Assembly: GCA_951406725.2 (NCBI GenBank)
Contig: OX597817.1
Coordinates: 49,786,001 to 49,850,000, forward strand
DNA from: Octopus vulgaris
Taxonomy: Eukaryota
DNA: 64,000 nt
Direction of reading: 5' to 3'
Under the pieces are notes generated by a model, which saw nothing but the letters and a program-made list of their open reading frames with translations, was not told where the DNA came from and searched no databases. Position 1 is the first letter of the stretch, and the number at the start of each line of letters is the position of its first letter. This document shows positions 1 to 12,269 of the stretch, piece by piece. Both the position numbers and the translations under genes were made by a program.

Positions 1-395
1 GCGTTGCTGAGCCGTTAATGCAAGGGAAATAACTATTCTTTCACAGCATAAAGCGGGATATGAATCTGCATTGGAAAATTAAGGAGTGTGGGGAAGAAGA
101 TATATAGAGTCCCCATATTTATTCTTTCATCTATGACGAAACCCTTTCTAGTTAGTGGTAATCATGCATAGGACTATTTCATTCTTTTTAGAAATCTTAA
201 TTATCCAAGAAATACAAAATAATCAAGAGTGACGCCGTGGATGATACTATACTCTCTTCACTTCTATTTCAGTAAGTAAACTAAAGATACAGACGAAAGA
301 ATCGACATAACAATTCTGAATAAAAGAATGCTGAGTAAAAGTTTATAATCCAGCTCCTGATCTATTTAGCTACTACGCTCCAATAGAAACCGAAT

Positions 396-926
396 TTTTC
401 TTTCTTTCTGCCGTTAACCCTCCAACGCGGAGTATAGGCCACTTATAACTGAATTCCATGTCGCATAATTTTTCGCTTCTGTACTTATACTCTGCCGTGA
501 ATGTCCCCCTTTCTCTAGTTCCTTTTGTGTTGATCTCTGCCACGAGTTCTTAGGCCTACCTCTCCTTCTATATCCATCCGGTTTCCACCGTAAAGCACTT
601 TTTGCTACATTTGGTGTGTCTTTTCTAATTGTGATACCAATCCGCTTCCACTTTTTCTTAAATATTTGTTCCCTAATCGAAACTTTATTTGTTCTTTGCC
701 ATAACTCCATATTGCTTATGTGTTCGGGCCATCTAATTTTAAGTATACTACGCAAACATCTGTTGATGAATGATTGTATTTGCTTATTTGACTTAACTGT
801 CGTTCGCCATGTCTCAGCCCCATACAATAACACTGCTTTTACGCTAGTGTTAAAAATTCTTATTTTGTTCTTTATTGAAATTACATTTGCGCTCCATACT
901 TTCTTGCCTCGTCTTAATATCTTCGT
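396..926 (-). mobile_element. 5'-truncated RTE-clade LINE (RT C-terminal/3' end)
   Basis: ORF 414-1004(-) carries RTE motifs LLYGAETW, RCLRSILKIRW, ISNxELW and GxRRRGRPKNSW. A 15-bp TSD CAATAGAAACCGAAT sits at 381-395 and 927-941. Confidence 0.88.
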
Positions 927-1254
927 CAATAGAAACCGAATAGAAACTTTATAATTTGGACACAAGGCCAGCAATTTTTCAGGGGAAGAAGAAGTCGACC
1001 TCAATGTTCACAGTGGAATTTGAACTTGTCTAGAGCCGGAAGAAATGCCGCTAAGCATTTTGTCCGATTCTGCCAGCTCACTGACTTGAGGTCTTTTATA
1101 GTAGCTGCAACATCGTGAGTTATATGACAATGAGGATTTTTCTTGTAAGTCTGTTCTTTGCAAAGGTTAACTAAAACCAACGCTGCATTTACCATTATGT
1201 AAAATAAATACATGCTCAGGCCATCAAGGGGAGGAGGGCACCACAGAAATAGTA

Positions 1255-1670
1255 ACGCGGCGAGCTGGCTGAAACGTTAGCACGCCGGACGAAATGCTAA
1301 ACGGTATTTCGTCTGTCGCTGCTTTCTGAGTTCAAATTCCACCGAGGTCGACTTTGCCTTTCATCCTTTCGGGGTCGATAAATTAAGTACCAGTTACGCA
1401 CTGGGGTCGATATAATCGACTTAATCCGTCTGTCTGTCCTTGTTTGTCTCCTCTGTGTTTAGCCCCTTGTGGGTAGTAAAGAAATAAGTATTTCGTCTGC
1501 CGTTACGTTCTGAGTTCAAATTCCACCGAGGTCGACTTTGCCTTTCATCCTTTCGGGGTCGATAATTTAAGTACCAGTTACTTACTGGTGTCGATGTAAT
1601 CGACTTCATCCCTTTGTCTGACCTTGTTTTTCCCTTCTATTCTTAGCCCCTTGTGGGCAATAAAGAAATA
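1255..1670 (+). mobile_element. tRNA-derived SINE family B (dimeric copy). Further copies near 3355-3752(-), 3951-4178, 8160-8670, 13727-13935, 19575-19770, 24325-24560, 25980-26410, 27900-28300(-), 37235-37400, 39225-39450, 50290-50590(-), 51060-51240(-), 61310-62150
   Basis: Recurrent sequence GGCGAGCTGGCAGAAACGTTAGCACG...GAGTTCAAATTCC (A/B-box-like), followed by GAGGTCGACTTTGCCTTTCATCCTTTCGGGGTCGATAAATTAAGTACCAG. Confidence 0.85.
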
Positions 1671-1888
1671 AGAAATAGTAAATGGTTTACGACACAAAGA
1701 AAATAACTTTAACCTTGCAAAAATAAAATTCGAAGTGGTTTATATGATCGGAAATATAATTTCGAAGTGATGATGGTGTCATAGGGAGGATCTGATCAAA
1801 GACTTTGCAATTATAAAAAATAAAATAAATAAATATAAAACGCAAGAGAAGACTTTTCAAATATAAATAAAGTAGAAATATAGAAGGC

Positions 1889-2320
1889 GTAGGAGTGGCT
1901 GTGTGGTAAGTAGCTTGCTTACCAGCCACAGGGTTTCGGGTTCCGGGTTCATTCCCACTGCGTGACACTTTGGGCAAGTGTCTTCTACTATAGCCTCGGG
2001 CCGACCAAAGCCTTGTGAGTGGATTTGCTAGACGGAAACTGAAAGAAGCCCGTCGTATATATGTATATGTATATATATGTATATATATGTATGTGTGTGT
2101 GTGTGTTTATGTGTTTCTATTTGTCACCCACCCCCAACATCGCTTGACAACCGATGCTGGTGCGTTTACGTCCCCGTAACTTAGCGGTTCGGCAAAAGAT
2201 ACCGATAGAATAAGTACTAGGCTTACAAAGAATAAGTCCTGGGGTCGATTTGCTCGAATAAAGGCGGTGCTCCAGCATGACTGCAGGCAAATGACTGAAA
2301 CAATTAAAAGAGTAAAAATA
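1889..2320 (+). mobile_element. tRNA-derived SINE family A with a central (TA/TG)n tract. Further copies near 7450-7885(-), 11450-11880, 14180-14568(-), 28448-28878(-), 30350-31232, 39470-39755(-), 43479-43880, 46958-47308(-), 51410-51760, 54237-54660
   Basis: Recurrent GGAGTGGCTGTGTGGTAAG...GGTTCAGTCCC head, ACCTTGGGCAAGT core-like segment, internal microsatellite, and tail GGTGCTCCAGCATGGCCGCAGTCAAATGACTGAAACAAGTAAAAGAG. Confidence 0.85.
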
Positions 2321-4179
2321 AACATTATTTTCCATCTTATTTTTAGTTTTCTTTCATTTTGAGAAATTGAAATTTATTTTAAGATTTTTTATTGCTTATA
2401 TTTTTATTTACAAAATTACCCAAAAATGGGGTGACTAAAATCTTTTGGATGTTAGGGCCTCTGAGGCTCTTAATCCGGCCCCTATATAAAAGGGTACTTA
2501 GAAAAAGGGAAATATGTCTGGACATTATATAACCAGATCTATTTCTCAGGCAGGAAAAGCGAAAAACCGACATTATTAGAGATGGAGAGCTAAAAAGTTG
2601 TATGTAGGTGTTCGCAAGTTAATGTCACATGACCTAAACATCAACGTCATAATTTTTTTGTTGTTTTGTTTTTGGCGCTCGTCTCGTAATTGGCTCTTTG
2701 ACGGTTATTATATAGTCAAGTATCACGAGATGTTTATCAAACATTAACTTATATCTACATACTTATAATACTGCCTATGACACCACGACCTCTGCTTCTA
2801 ATGAACCAAACTGATGTCTAAAGCTGGAATTTCGAAATGACAGTACGTAATTATATTTACAGAAAGTTACAATCCCCGTATACTATTATTATTTTCTAAA
2901 ACTAACGAATGTCAATGATTAATGTAGATTTAAAAAACATTTTCAAACGACTTCCTTGTGGTATTTTGATAGAATATATTATCAGTCTATCCTTTCGTCA
3001 TCAACATTATAGTTGGCTTTTTTTATATTTTATATTCTTTTTATTTACTTCTTCTTTCTTCCTCCTCCTCTTTTTCCTCCTTCACCTTCACCTCTCCTCC
3101 TCTTTTTTCAATATTACTACCATCGTCATAAGCCTGGAGAACCGCCATGTTTTGGTTTTACGCCTTGAGTTTACTGATAAAAGATGTTTTTAATCAACAA
3201 AAAAATTATGATATTAACAGGAACACAATGGCGTAGCGAGCGTGTATACCGTCTGGAAAACCCCTTGAGTTTGCCGTTGTCACCACCACCACCACCGCCG
3301 CCGCCGCCACCACTACACATGCTTATATAGCAAACTCAAAAGGGCCACTCCATAAAAATACCTATTTCTTTACTACCCACAAGGAGCTAAACACAGAGAG
3401 GACAAACAAGGACAAACAAACGGATTAAGTCGATTATATCGACTCCAGTGCGTCACTGGTATTTATTTAATCGACTCCGAAAGGATGAAAGGCAAAGTCG
3501 ACCTCAGCGGAATTTGAACTCAGAACGTAAAGACAGGCGAAATACCTATTTCTTTACTACCCACAACGGGCTAAACACAGAGAGGACAAACAAGGACAGA
3601 CAAACGGATTAAGTCGATTATATCGACCGCAGTGCGTAACTGGCACTTATTTAATCGACCCCGGCGGAATTTGAACTCAGAACTTAGGGGCAGACGAAAT
3701 ACCGCCTAGCATTTCGCCCGGCGTGCTAACGTTTCTGTCAGCTCACCGCCTTAACTCCATAAAAATACCGTCCTCGTAAAAAGTGGAAACTGTGTAGAAA
3801 ACCCGTCGCATATGTGCGCACACGTGCTTGTGGGGAGCTTATGTATATAAGTGTGTTAGTCCCCCGCTTCACAGCCGATCTTGGGTTCTTTACGGCCTCA
3901 TAACTTAGCAATTCAGCAAAGCAGACCGTTGACAGGAGCCTCAGGATACAGGCGGCGAGCTGGCAGAAACGTTAGCACGCCGGGCGAAATGCTTAGCAGT
4001 ATTTCGTCTGCCGTTACGTTCTGAGTTCAAATTCCGCCGAGGTCGACTCTGCCTTTCATCTTTTCGGGGTCGATAAATTAAGTTAAACACTGGAGTCGAT
4101 GTAATTGACTTAATCCTTTTGTTTGTCCTTGTTTGTCCTCTCTGTGTTTAGCCCCTTGTGGACAATAAAGAAATAAGAA

Positions 4180-4689
4180 GCTCCAGGATACACTATTCAT
4201 ATCAACAAGTTCGTCAGTTGTTCGGCAATGGTTCTTCACGGCCAGTTCATGAATTTTCATGATGCTTTCATTCGTTCGGGAGGTCGACGGTCGGCCTGAA
4301 CGAGGTTGGCCTTCAAGCGACGAGTGGCCATTCCAAAAGCGCGAAAACCACTCGTAAACTTGTGTTGTGCTCATGGTAGCGTCCTCGTGAGTTGTTTGAA
4401 GCATGACAACTGCTTCGGCCGCTGTCTCCCCCCACCACCAGCAGAAAACAGAACTTCACAGAAGCACACAGTTCCTTCGTTTCAGCCATCGCAAAAATCG
4501 ACGGACAAGGGAGAAGCATTGCAAAACTTATACGCACCAGCACCAAGTGACAGTACGACTTTAGACGACGCTGCCGGTCGGTAGACTGATACCTGAAGGC
4601 CGCATCAAGTGGCTTCTAGCGGCGAAAGCCTGAACTGCGACGGGCTTGTCCCATAGTGAACGTTTCCGGTTACTTTTGGGCACCTCCTC

Positions 4690-4690
<1 letters not shown>
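4180..4690 (-). mobile_element. Mariner 5' fragment (TIR plus frameshifted transposase N-terminus)
   Basis: TIR CGAGGAGGTGCCCAAAAGTAACCGG next to (TA)n at 4690. Translation KFCFLL...TQVYEWFSRF...PRSGRPSTS (ORFs 4313-4546 and 4078-4404). Truncated at a SINE. Confidence 0.8.
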
Positions 4691-4753
<63 letters not shown>

Positions 4754-4762
4754 ATGTATATA

Positions 4763-6056
4763 CGAGGGGCGTTCAATAAGTAATGCCCCTGACCCAATTG
4801 CATTTGTTTGATCTAGCTGAAATTTTGCATGTGCAATTATTTATATCTCTATAGATTAAGTGGGAAATTACAGCTCTGAACTAATTGTGGTTTCTGATTT
4901 ACAGGTGTTTGAACTGAGTCAGGTGTGAAATGGAGCCTGTTGAGTGTCGAGCAGTGATCCGGTTTTTGTATTTGAAAGGACGCACACCACGGGAAACTTT
5001 TGATGAAATGAAAGTAACTTATGGTGATGATGCCCCATCATATGACCTTGTAAAACGCTGGCATCGTGAATTCAAACTTGGTCGGAACTCTGTGGAAACA
5101 GCTCCCAGATCTGGTCGCCCCCCCCTTCTGCCATTGATGAGGCATCTGTCCGTCAAGTTGAGGCTGCCATTTTGGAAGATCGACGCATAACTATTCGCCA
5201 AATAGCCCATGAGGTCAAGATTAGTACCGGGTTTGTGGAAACTATCATTCATGACCATTTACGTATGCAAAAGGTGTCTGCCAGATGGATTCCCAGGTTG
5301 CTCACACCTTTCCAGAAGCAAGAACGCGTCGAATGCTCGAGGATAAATTTGGAGATGTGCCAAGAAGATGAGTCAAAATATTTCAAAAGACTGATTACAC
5401 AGGATGAAACCTGGGTCCATCACTATGATCCAGAGACCAAAGCCCAGTCAATGCAGTGGAAGCGCCGTGACTCACCTCCTCCAAAGAAGGCAAGGGTGCA
5501 GCCCTCCGCTGGCAAGATCACGCTCACAATATTCTGGGACCAAGACGGAGTAGTGATGACAGATTTTCTGGCAAAGGGTACCACAATTACAGGAGCCTAT
5601 TATGCTTCACTTTTGAGGAAATTAAGAGAAGCTATCAAAATCAAGAGGCGGGGCAAGATCAGCAAAGGCATCCTCCTCCTGCAGGACAACGCTCCGGTCC
5701 ACAACTCGCATGTCGCCAGATCAAAAGCACAGGCGTGCGGCTATGAACTTCTCCCCCATCCCCCTACTCTCCTGATCTTGCACCTTCTGATTTTCACCTC
5801 TTCCCACCCATGAAGTTGTTTTTGAAAGGAAAGCGTTTACCAGATGATGCACCCTTGATTTCTGAAGTCACGTCGTGGTTGGAGGACCAGGCTGGGGTCT
5901 TCTACAAAAACGGTATCCAGAGCTGCATCAAACGATGGGAGAAATGCGTAACTCCGGGTGGTTCCTATGTAGAAAAAGACTAATACCTGTGCCGAGTTTT
6001 GTTGCTCTACTACTATGGGAAGTGGGTCAGGGACATTACTTATTGAACGCCCCTTG
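4763..6056 (+). mobile_element. Full-length mariner (DD34D) element, 1294 bp
   Basis: ~34-bp TIRs CGAGGGGCGTTCAATAAGTAATGCCCCTGACCCA / TGGGTCAGGGACATTACTTATTGAACGCCCCTTG with a TA TSD on both sides. Confidence 0.95.
4930..5983 (+). pseudogene. Mariner transposase with two frameshifts, both in poly-C runs
   Basis: Motifs WIPRLL, QDETW, LQDNAPVH, HPPYSPDLAPSDFHLF and terminal YVEKD*. Frameshifts at ~5118-5125 (C8) and ~5760-5764 (C5). No internal stops once these are corrected. Confidence 0.9.
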
Positions 6057-6108
6057 TATATATATATATATATATATGTATTATATGTGTATATATATAT
6101 ATATACAT

Positions 6109-6169
<61 letters not shown>

Positions 6170-6209
6170 GTGTGCGTGTGTGTGTGTATGTATATATATA
6201 TGTGTGTAT

Positions 6210-6248
<39 letters not shown>

Positions 6249-6300
6249 ATCTATCTATCTCTCTCTCTATAAATATATATATTATATGTGTGTGTGTGTA

Positions 6301-6381
<81 letters not shown>

Positions 6382-6411
6382 TATATGTGTATATATATAT
6401 ATATATACATA

Positions 6412-6454
<43 letters not shown>

Positions 6455-6506
6455 TATGTGTGTGTGTATATATATATATACTTATCTCTCTCTCTCTATA
6501 TATATA

Positions 6507-6537
<31 letters not shown>

Positions 6538-6892
6538 GTATGTATGTATATATATTGAGAGGGGGGTTAGTTACAGGATTCATTAGAATCTAGGCGCATT
6601 AATTAATACGCAGAACTCCAGAACTGGTTACGTACAATAATATAGAGTTCATAGTGAGTTAAAACAACCACGAGGTATCATGTGAGGGTACTCTGTTGCA
6701 GATATGTAGATATATCCAATTTAAACCGTAGATCCAACTCAGCGTAGATATAAAGAGAAAATTTACAAATGGGGTTTCAAACTTACGATAGCTGTTTCGG
6801 TAGAATTTTATTGATGAATTCATAAATGGCATCATAATGTAAATGATGCCATCATCAAGGTTTTACGTTGCCCATTTATACGTAATAAATTT

Positions 6893-6960
6893 TTTTTCTG
6901 AAGATGGTGGATTTATATTATGAAGTAGTGTATGAATGCTTCCGAAACAGCTGTCGCAAA
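6893..6960 (+). ncRNA. Type I hammerhead ribozyme-like motif (Penelope-like repeat)
   Basis: CTGAAGA-TGG...TCC-GAAAC-AGCT-GTC: core boxes, palindromic stem III and a GUC cleavage triplet. Stem I is imperfect. Confidence 0.55.
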
Positions 6961-7645
6961 TTTTAAACCTCACGCCTGTTTTTATGTGTGTTTATGCATG
7001 TGCCTCAGCGGGATAATAATTTCTCAATGTAATTAGCTGGCATTAGTTGTTGTTGTCGATGTTGTTGCTGTCACTGTTTAAGAAACAATAGTTGAAATGG
7101 TAGTTTTTTTTTTGTGTGTGTGTTTATGCATGTGCAAAATCCAGATTTTGCTCTCCGGTGTCGTCAGACGATATTTATAACTTTTATTCATGGACTCCAG
7201 ACGTTACTGAAAAGGACTTCGGTGTGTTATCATTGAGTATACTTTCAATAGCATTTTCATATCTTTCGTAGATATAGACAAAGATATGACTTGTAAGAAA
7301 CTACGATGATAATAATAATCTAAAAATTAGAGGTTATTTCATCAGGAGATTCTGTTTGATCATCCATATAAAGACTATTATACCTTGACTAACACTCAAG
7401 CGTTCATACATATGCACACGCTTTTTTTTTAGTAGTTTTATATATCAACTTTTACTTGTTTCAGTCATTGGACTGTGGCCATGCTGGGGCATTGCCTTGA
7501 AAGCTTAGCCGAACAAACCTACTGCCAGGACTCAGTTTTAAGCTTGTTATTTATTCTGTCGGTGCCTTTTGCCGAGCCGCTATGTTACGGGGATGCAAAC
7601 AAAGCAATACCGGTGTCAAGCTGTGATGAGGAATAAACTCAAATA

Positions 7646-7726
<81 letters not shown>

Positions 7727-8662
7727 GACGGGCTTCCACACAGTTTCCGATTACGGAATTCACTTATAAGGTATTGGTCGGTCTGGGGCTATAATAGAAA
7801 GACATTTGCTCAAGGTGTCGCGCTGTAGAAGTGAACTGGAAACCACGGGGTCGCAAAGCGAGCTTCCTAACCCCAAAGCCATGCTTGTGTTTATGAAATA
7901 AACTATGCATAAAAGTTAAGACTGACCTGGGGCCAAACAGCAAGAGCCACAACTCATTTGTTCACTAGACCTCTAGAATGGACGGAATGTGAAGGTTTTC
8001 TGATCACGAATCTGAAATTATGTAATTTCCAGTTGACCACTGTCCCAAGCAATTTCTCCAATGGCTAAAACAATTTCTTGTATAACAAATCTCTCAGAAA
8101 GATAACCTCTGATTTGAGGTAATTCCACTGGGTGCATTATCAGAACCCTTTCCCAAAGCGGCCAGCTGGCTGAATCGTTACCACGCCGGACAATATAGTC
8201 GGTGACATTTCTTCCGGTTTTACATTATAAATTCAAATGATGCCAAGTCGACTCTGCCTTTCATCCTTTTGACGCCGGTCAAGGAAATTGACAAGACCCC
8301 TACCCCCAAAATTCAAGGCCTTGTGTCTATTGTAGAAAGTATTATCAAAGCGGTCAACGGGCAGAATCGTTAGCACGGCGGACAAGATGCTTAGGGGCTT
8401 TTCTTCCAGTTTTACATTCCAAGTTCAAATGATGCCAAGGTCGGCTCTACCTTTTCTTTGCCGATAAAATAAAATACCAATGAACTCGAGGGTCGTGTAA
8501 ATCGACCTCCCCACTGGTCCTATAATTTCAGGCTTTGCGCCTATAGTATTATTATTTATAAATAAAAGGTGATGAGCTGGCAGAATTGTTAGCAAGCCGG
8601 ACAAAATACTTAACGATATTTCTTCTGGTTTTAACATCTAAGTTCAAATTCCTCTGAGGTCG

Positions 8663-8694
<32 letters not shown>

Positions 8695-8775
8695 AGAGTG
8701 CGTGTGTGTGTCGCCATGATAGATCGTTAACTCCTACACGCATTTTTTTCTCTCCTTGTTTTTTTTTCCTGTGTA

Positions 8776-8813
8776 TCTTTCTGTCGAAGAGCGTAGGCTC
8801 GAAACGTAAAAGA
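8776..8813 (+). ncRNA. Minimal type I hammerhead ribozyme-like motif
   Basis: TCTTT-CTGTCGA-A-GAGC(GTAG)GCTC-GAAA-CG-TA-AAAGA. Stems I and II pair perfectly; the core deviates from CUGANGA at one position. Same repeat family as 63440-63630. Confidence 0.55.
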
Positions 8814-9585
8814 CTTGTTCTATTTCTATTCCTGAGCGCCATACTAATACATTTGTTTGTTTGTACTCCACCTGCCTTCGTCTTTTGTTTATTTTCGTAA
8901 ACCTTCCCGTTATATATATATATATATATACATACATACGACGTGCTTCTTTCAGTTTCCGTCTACCAAATTCACTCAGTAGGTTTTGGTCTGCCCGTGG
9001 CTATAGTAGAAGACACTTGCCAAAGGTGCCATGAAGTGGGATTGAACCCGGAAATATGTGGTTGGTAAGCAAGCTACTTACCACACAGCCACATGAATGT
9101 ATATATGCATACATATGTACAGTGTACGCATCACCATATTCATATATACATGTGTGAGTCGCACGCGTGTGCGTCTGTGTATGTGTGTGAGTGTGTGTGA
9201 GTATGTGTGTGCGTGTGTGTATGTGTGTGTCTTCTGTAAATCTGTGTGATGGTGGACTGTTACCGTGAATTTAATTACTGCTTTAATCTGTTAGGTTGCC
9301 CTGAGGTGAGTTCTAACCTTAAATGAATTACTTTTGTAAAGACCTTCCCAATTATATCCAGCATCGCTAGTGGTTCCTTATAAGATCGCTGCCTTGTTGA
9401 CCACCAACTTACAGCCTTACAAAGACATTCATACTATACAAATAGAAAGCTGTGTATCTACACGCAGAGGTAGACACGCATTCGTGTATTGTCTCTGTGC
9501 TCATACGTGTGAGTGCGTGTTCGTCAGTATATTTGTATATGTATGCATGTATGTATGTATGTATGTAAGTATGTATGTATGTATT

Positions 9586-9619
<34 letters not shown>

Positions 9620-9703
9620 TGTATGTATGTATGTATGTATGTATGTATGTATGTATGTATATATGCATGCATGCATGTAAGGTATGTACATACATACACG
9701 CAT

Positions 9704-9822
<119 letters not shown>

Positions 9823-10167
9823 CGTGTGAATGTACGCATATATTTATAATATATATTCTATCTCTCTCAAGGTATACGTATATTTGTGTGAATGTGTGTA
9901 TACATAAATAAATACATACGCACACACATATATTTATACACACACACACACACATATATATATAACCAAATAAGTATACACATATGTATACAGACATATA
10001 TATGCATATATATATCTACACATATACACATGTATGCATATATGTTTACATGTGTACAGATATATATATGTATGTATGTTTCTACTGGTAATATATATTG
10101 TACGTTTGTATGCGTGTGTATGTTCATATATATAAAGATACCTGCCTAACCTATCTACTTACATACT

Positions 10168-10210
<43 letters not shown>

Positions 10211-11269
10211 CTACGCATTCATACGTACTTACATTCATATTTATGAATACATAATGGAAAAAAAGAAAAGAAAAGAAAAGAAAAGAATACTACGTGTAGC
10301 ACACATATAATTGGATTAATCAGATTTCATTTTCTTAGTGATAAATGATAAATACGGGGATCAAAGTTATCTTCCCTATAATTGTGACAGTTGTTCACAC
10401 CTGAAGAGGGCAGAAACTCCAAAATGACAGCAGCGAGACGTTTCGTTCCCTTCTTGAGACAGATTAGCTATTTGATATTTAATAAGGCGTCTGTTTGTCT
10501 ACCAAGTGAAATTGCCAACCTCTTATGCAGTACGCTGCATAAGATTATCAGGTTCAGTAAATTTCGAAATTAGAAACAGTGTAAGAAATATGAACAGTAA
10601 TTTAGAGATATGGATGAAACAGAAGGTAAACTAATAACAAAAGTAGGAAGGGTTTCCGTGCAGAAGAAAACGAAAAACGAAAAAGAAAAAAGAAGTACAA
10701 TATGTGCAGAAAATGCTACTGTGTGTGTGTGTGTGTATGTGTGTGTGTGAGCGTGTGAGCGTATGTATGCATGTATGTATGTATGTATGTATGTATGTAT
10801 GTATGTATGTATGTATGTATGTATGTATGTATGTATGTATGTATGTATGTATGTATGTATGTATGTATGTATGTATGTCATTATTCAGTTTATTTCAAGA
10901 TTTCTTGTCAATAGAGAAAGAACCGGTTTCTAACCTAAGATCCAAGGCTCCTTCATTGGAATTTCAACATCAACAAAGTATTTTTGTGTATGTATGTATG
11001 TATGTATGTATGCATGCATGCATGAATGTATGTATGTATGGATGGATGTATGTATGCATGCATGTATATTTGTATTTATGTATGTATGTATGTATGTATG
11101 TATGCATGTATGCATGTATTTTTGTATGTATGTATGTATGTATGTATGCATGCATTCATGCATGTATGTATGCATGTATGCATGTATGCATGTATTTTTG
11201 TATGTATGTTTGTATGTATGTATGCATGTATGTATGCATGTATGTATGTATGTATGTATGTATGTATGT

Positions 11270-11307
<38 letters not shown>

Positions 11308-11412
11308 ATACATGCAGACATGTATGTATGTGGGTGTGAATATATGTATGTGTGTGCGTGTGTATATATATATATGTGTGTGTGTGTCTGTGTGTGTATG
11401 CATATATGCATA

Positions 11413-11452
<40 letters not shown>

Positions 11453-11594
11453 AGTGGCTGTGTGGTAAATAGTCCCGGGTACCGGGTTCAGTCCCACTGC
11501 GTGGCACCTTGGGCATGTGTGTCTTATAGCATAGCCTCGGGCCGACCAAAGCCTTGTGAGTGGATTTGGTAGACGGAAATTGAATGAAGCCCGT

Positions 11595-11660
<66 letters not shown>

Positions 11661-11882
11661 AGCGTGTGTGTGTGTGTGTGTGTGTGCGCGTATGTTTGTA
11701 ACCCCCTTGCCATCGCTTGACAACCGCTGCTGGGTGTCTAGGTCCCCGTAACTTAGCGGTTCGGCAAAAGAGACTGACAGAATAAGTACTAGGCTTACAA
11801 AGAATAAGTCCTGAGTAGATTTGTTCAACTAAAGGCGGTGCTCTAGCATGGCCGCAGTCAAATGACTGAAACAAATAAAAGT

Positions 11883-11922
<40 letters not shown>

Positions 11923-11925
<3 letters not shown>

Positions 11926-12245
11926 GGAGCACTCCGTCGGTTTCGACAACGAGGGTCCCAGCTGATACGATCAACGGAACAGCTTGTTCGTGAAATTAAC
12001 GTGCAAGTGACTGAGCACTTCACAGACACGTGTACCCTTAACGTAGTTCTCAGGGAGATTCAGTGTGAGACAGGATGTGAAAAGGTCGGCCCTTTGAAAT
12101 ACAGATACTACTCATTCTTGGCAGCTGAGTGGACTTGAGCAACGTGAAATAAAGTGTCTTGCTTAAGCACACAACGCGTCGCCGGGAATTGAACTCACGA
12201 CCTTACGATCGTGAGCCGAATACCCTAACCACTAAGCCACGCACC
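11923..12245 (-). mobile_element. tRNA-derived SINE family E. Copies near 49640-49933, with partials at 24745-24930, 59178-59322 and 60262-60360
   Basis: Minus-strand head GTGGCTTAGTGGTTAGGG...GAGTTCAATTCCC (A/B boxes), followed by a body shared between the copies. Confidence 0.8.
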
Positions 12246-12269
12246 TTCACACACACACGCACACACACA

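Noticed and set aside
10395-10460. Hammerhead at CTGAAGAGGG (plus) or CTCAAGA...GAAACGTC (minus)
   Set aside because: Stems do not pair convincingly and the minus-strand core is mutated; at best a decayed remnant.
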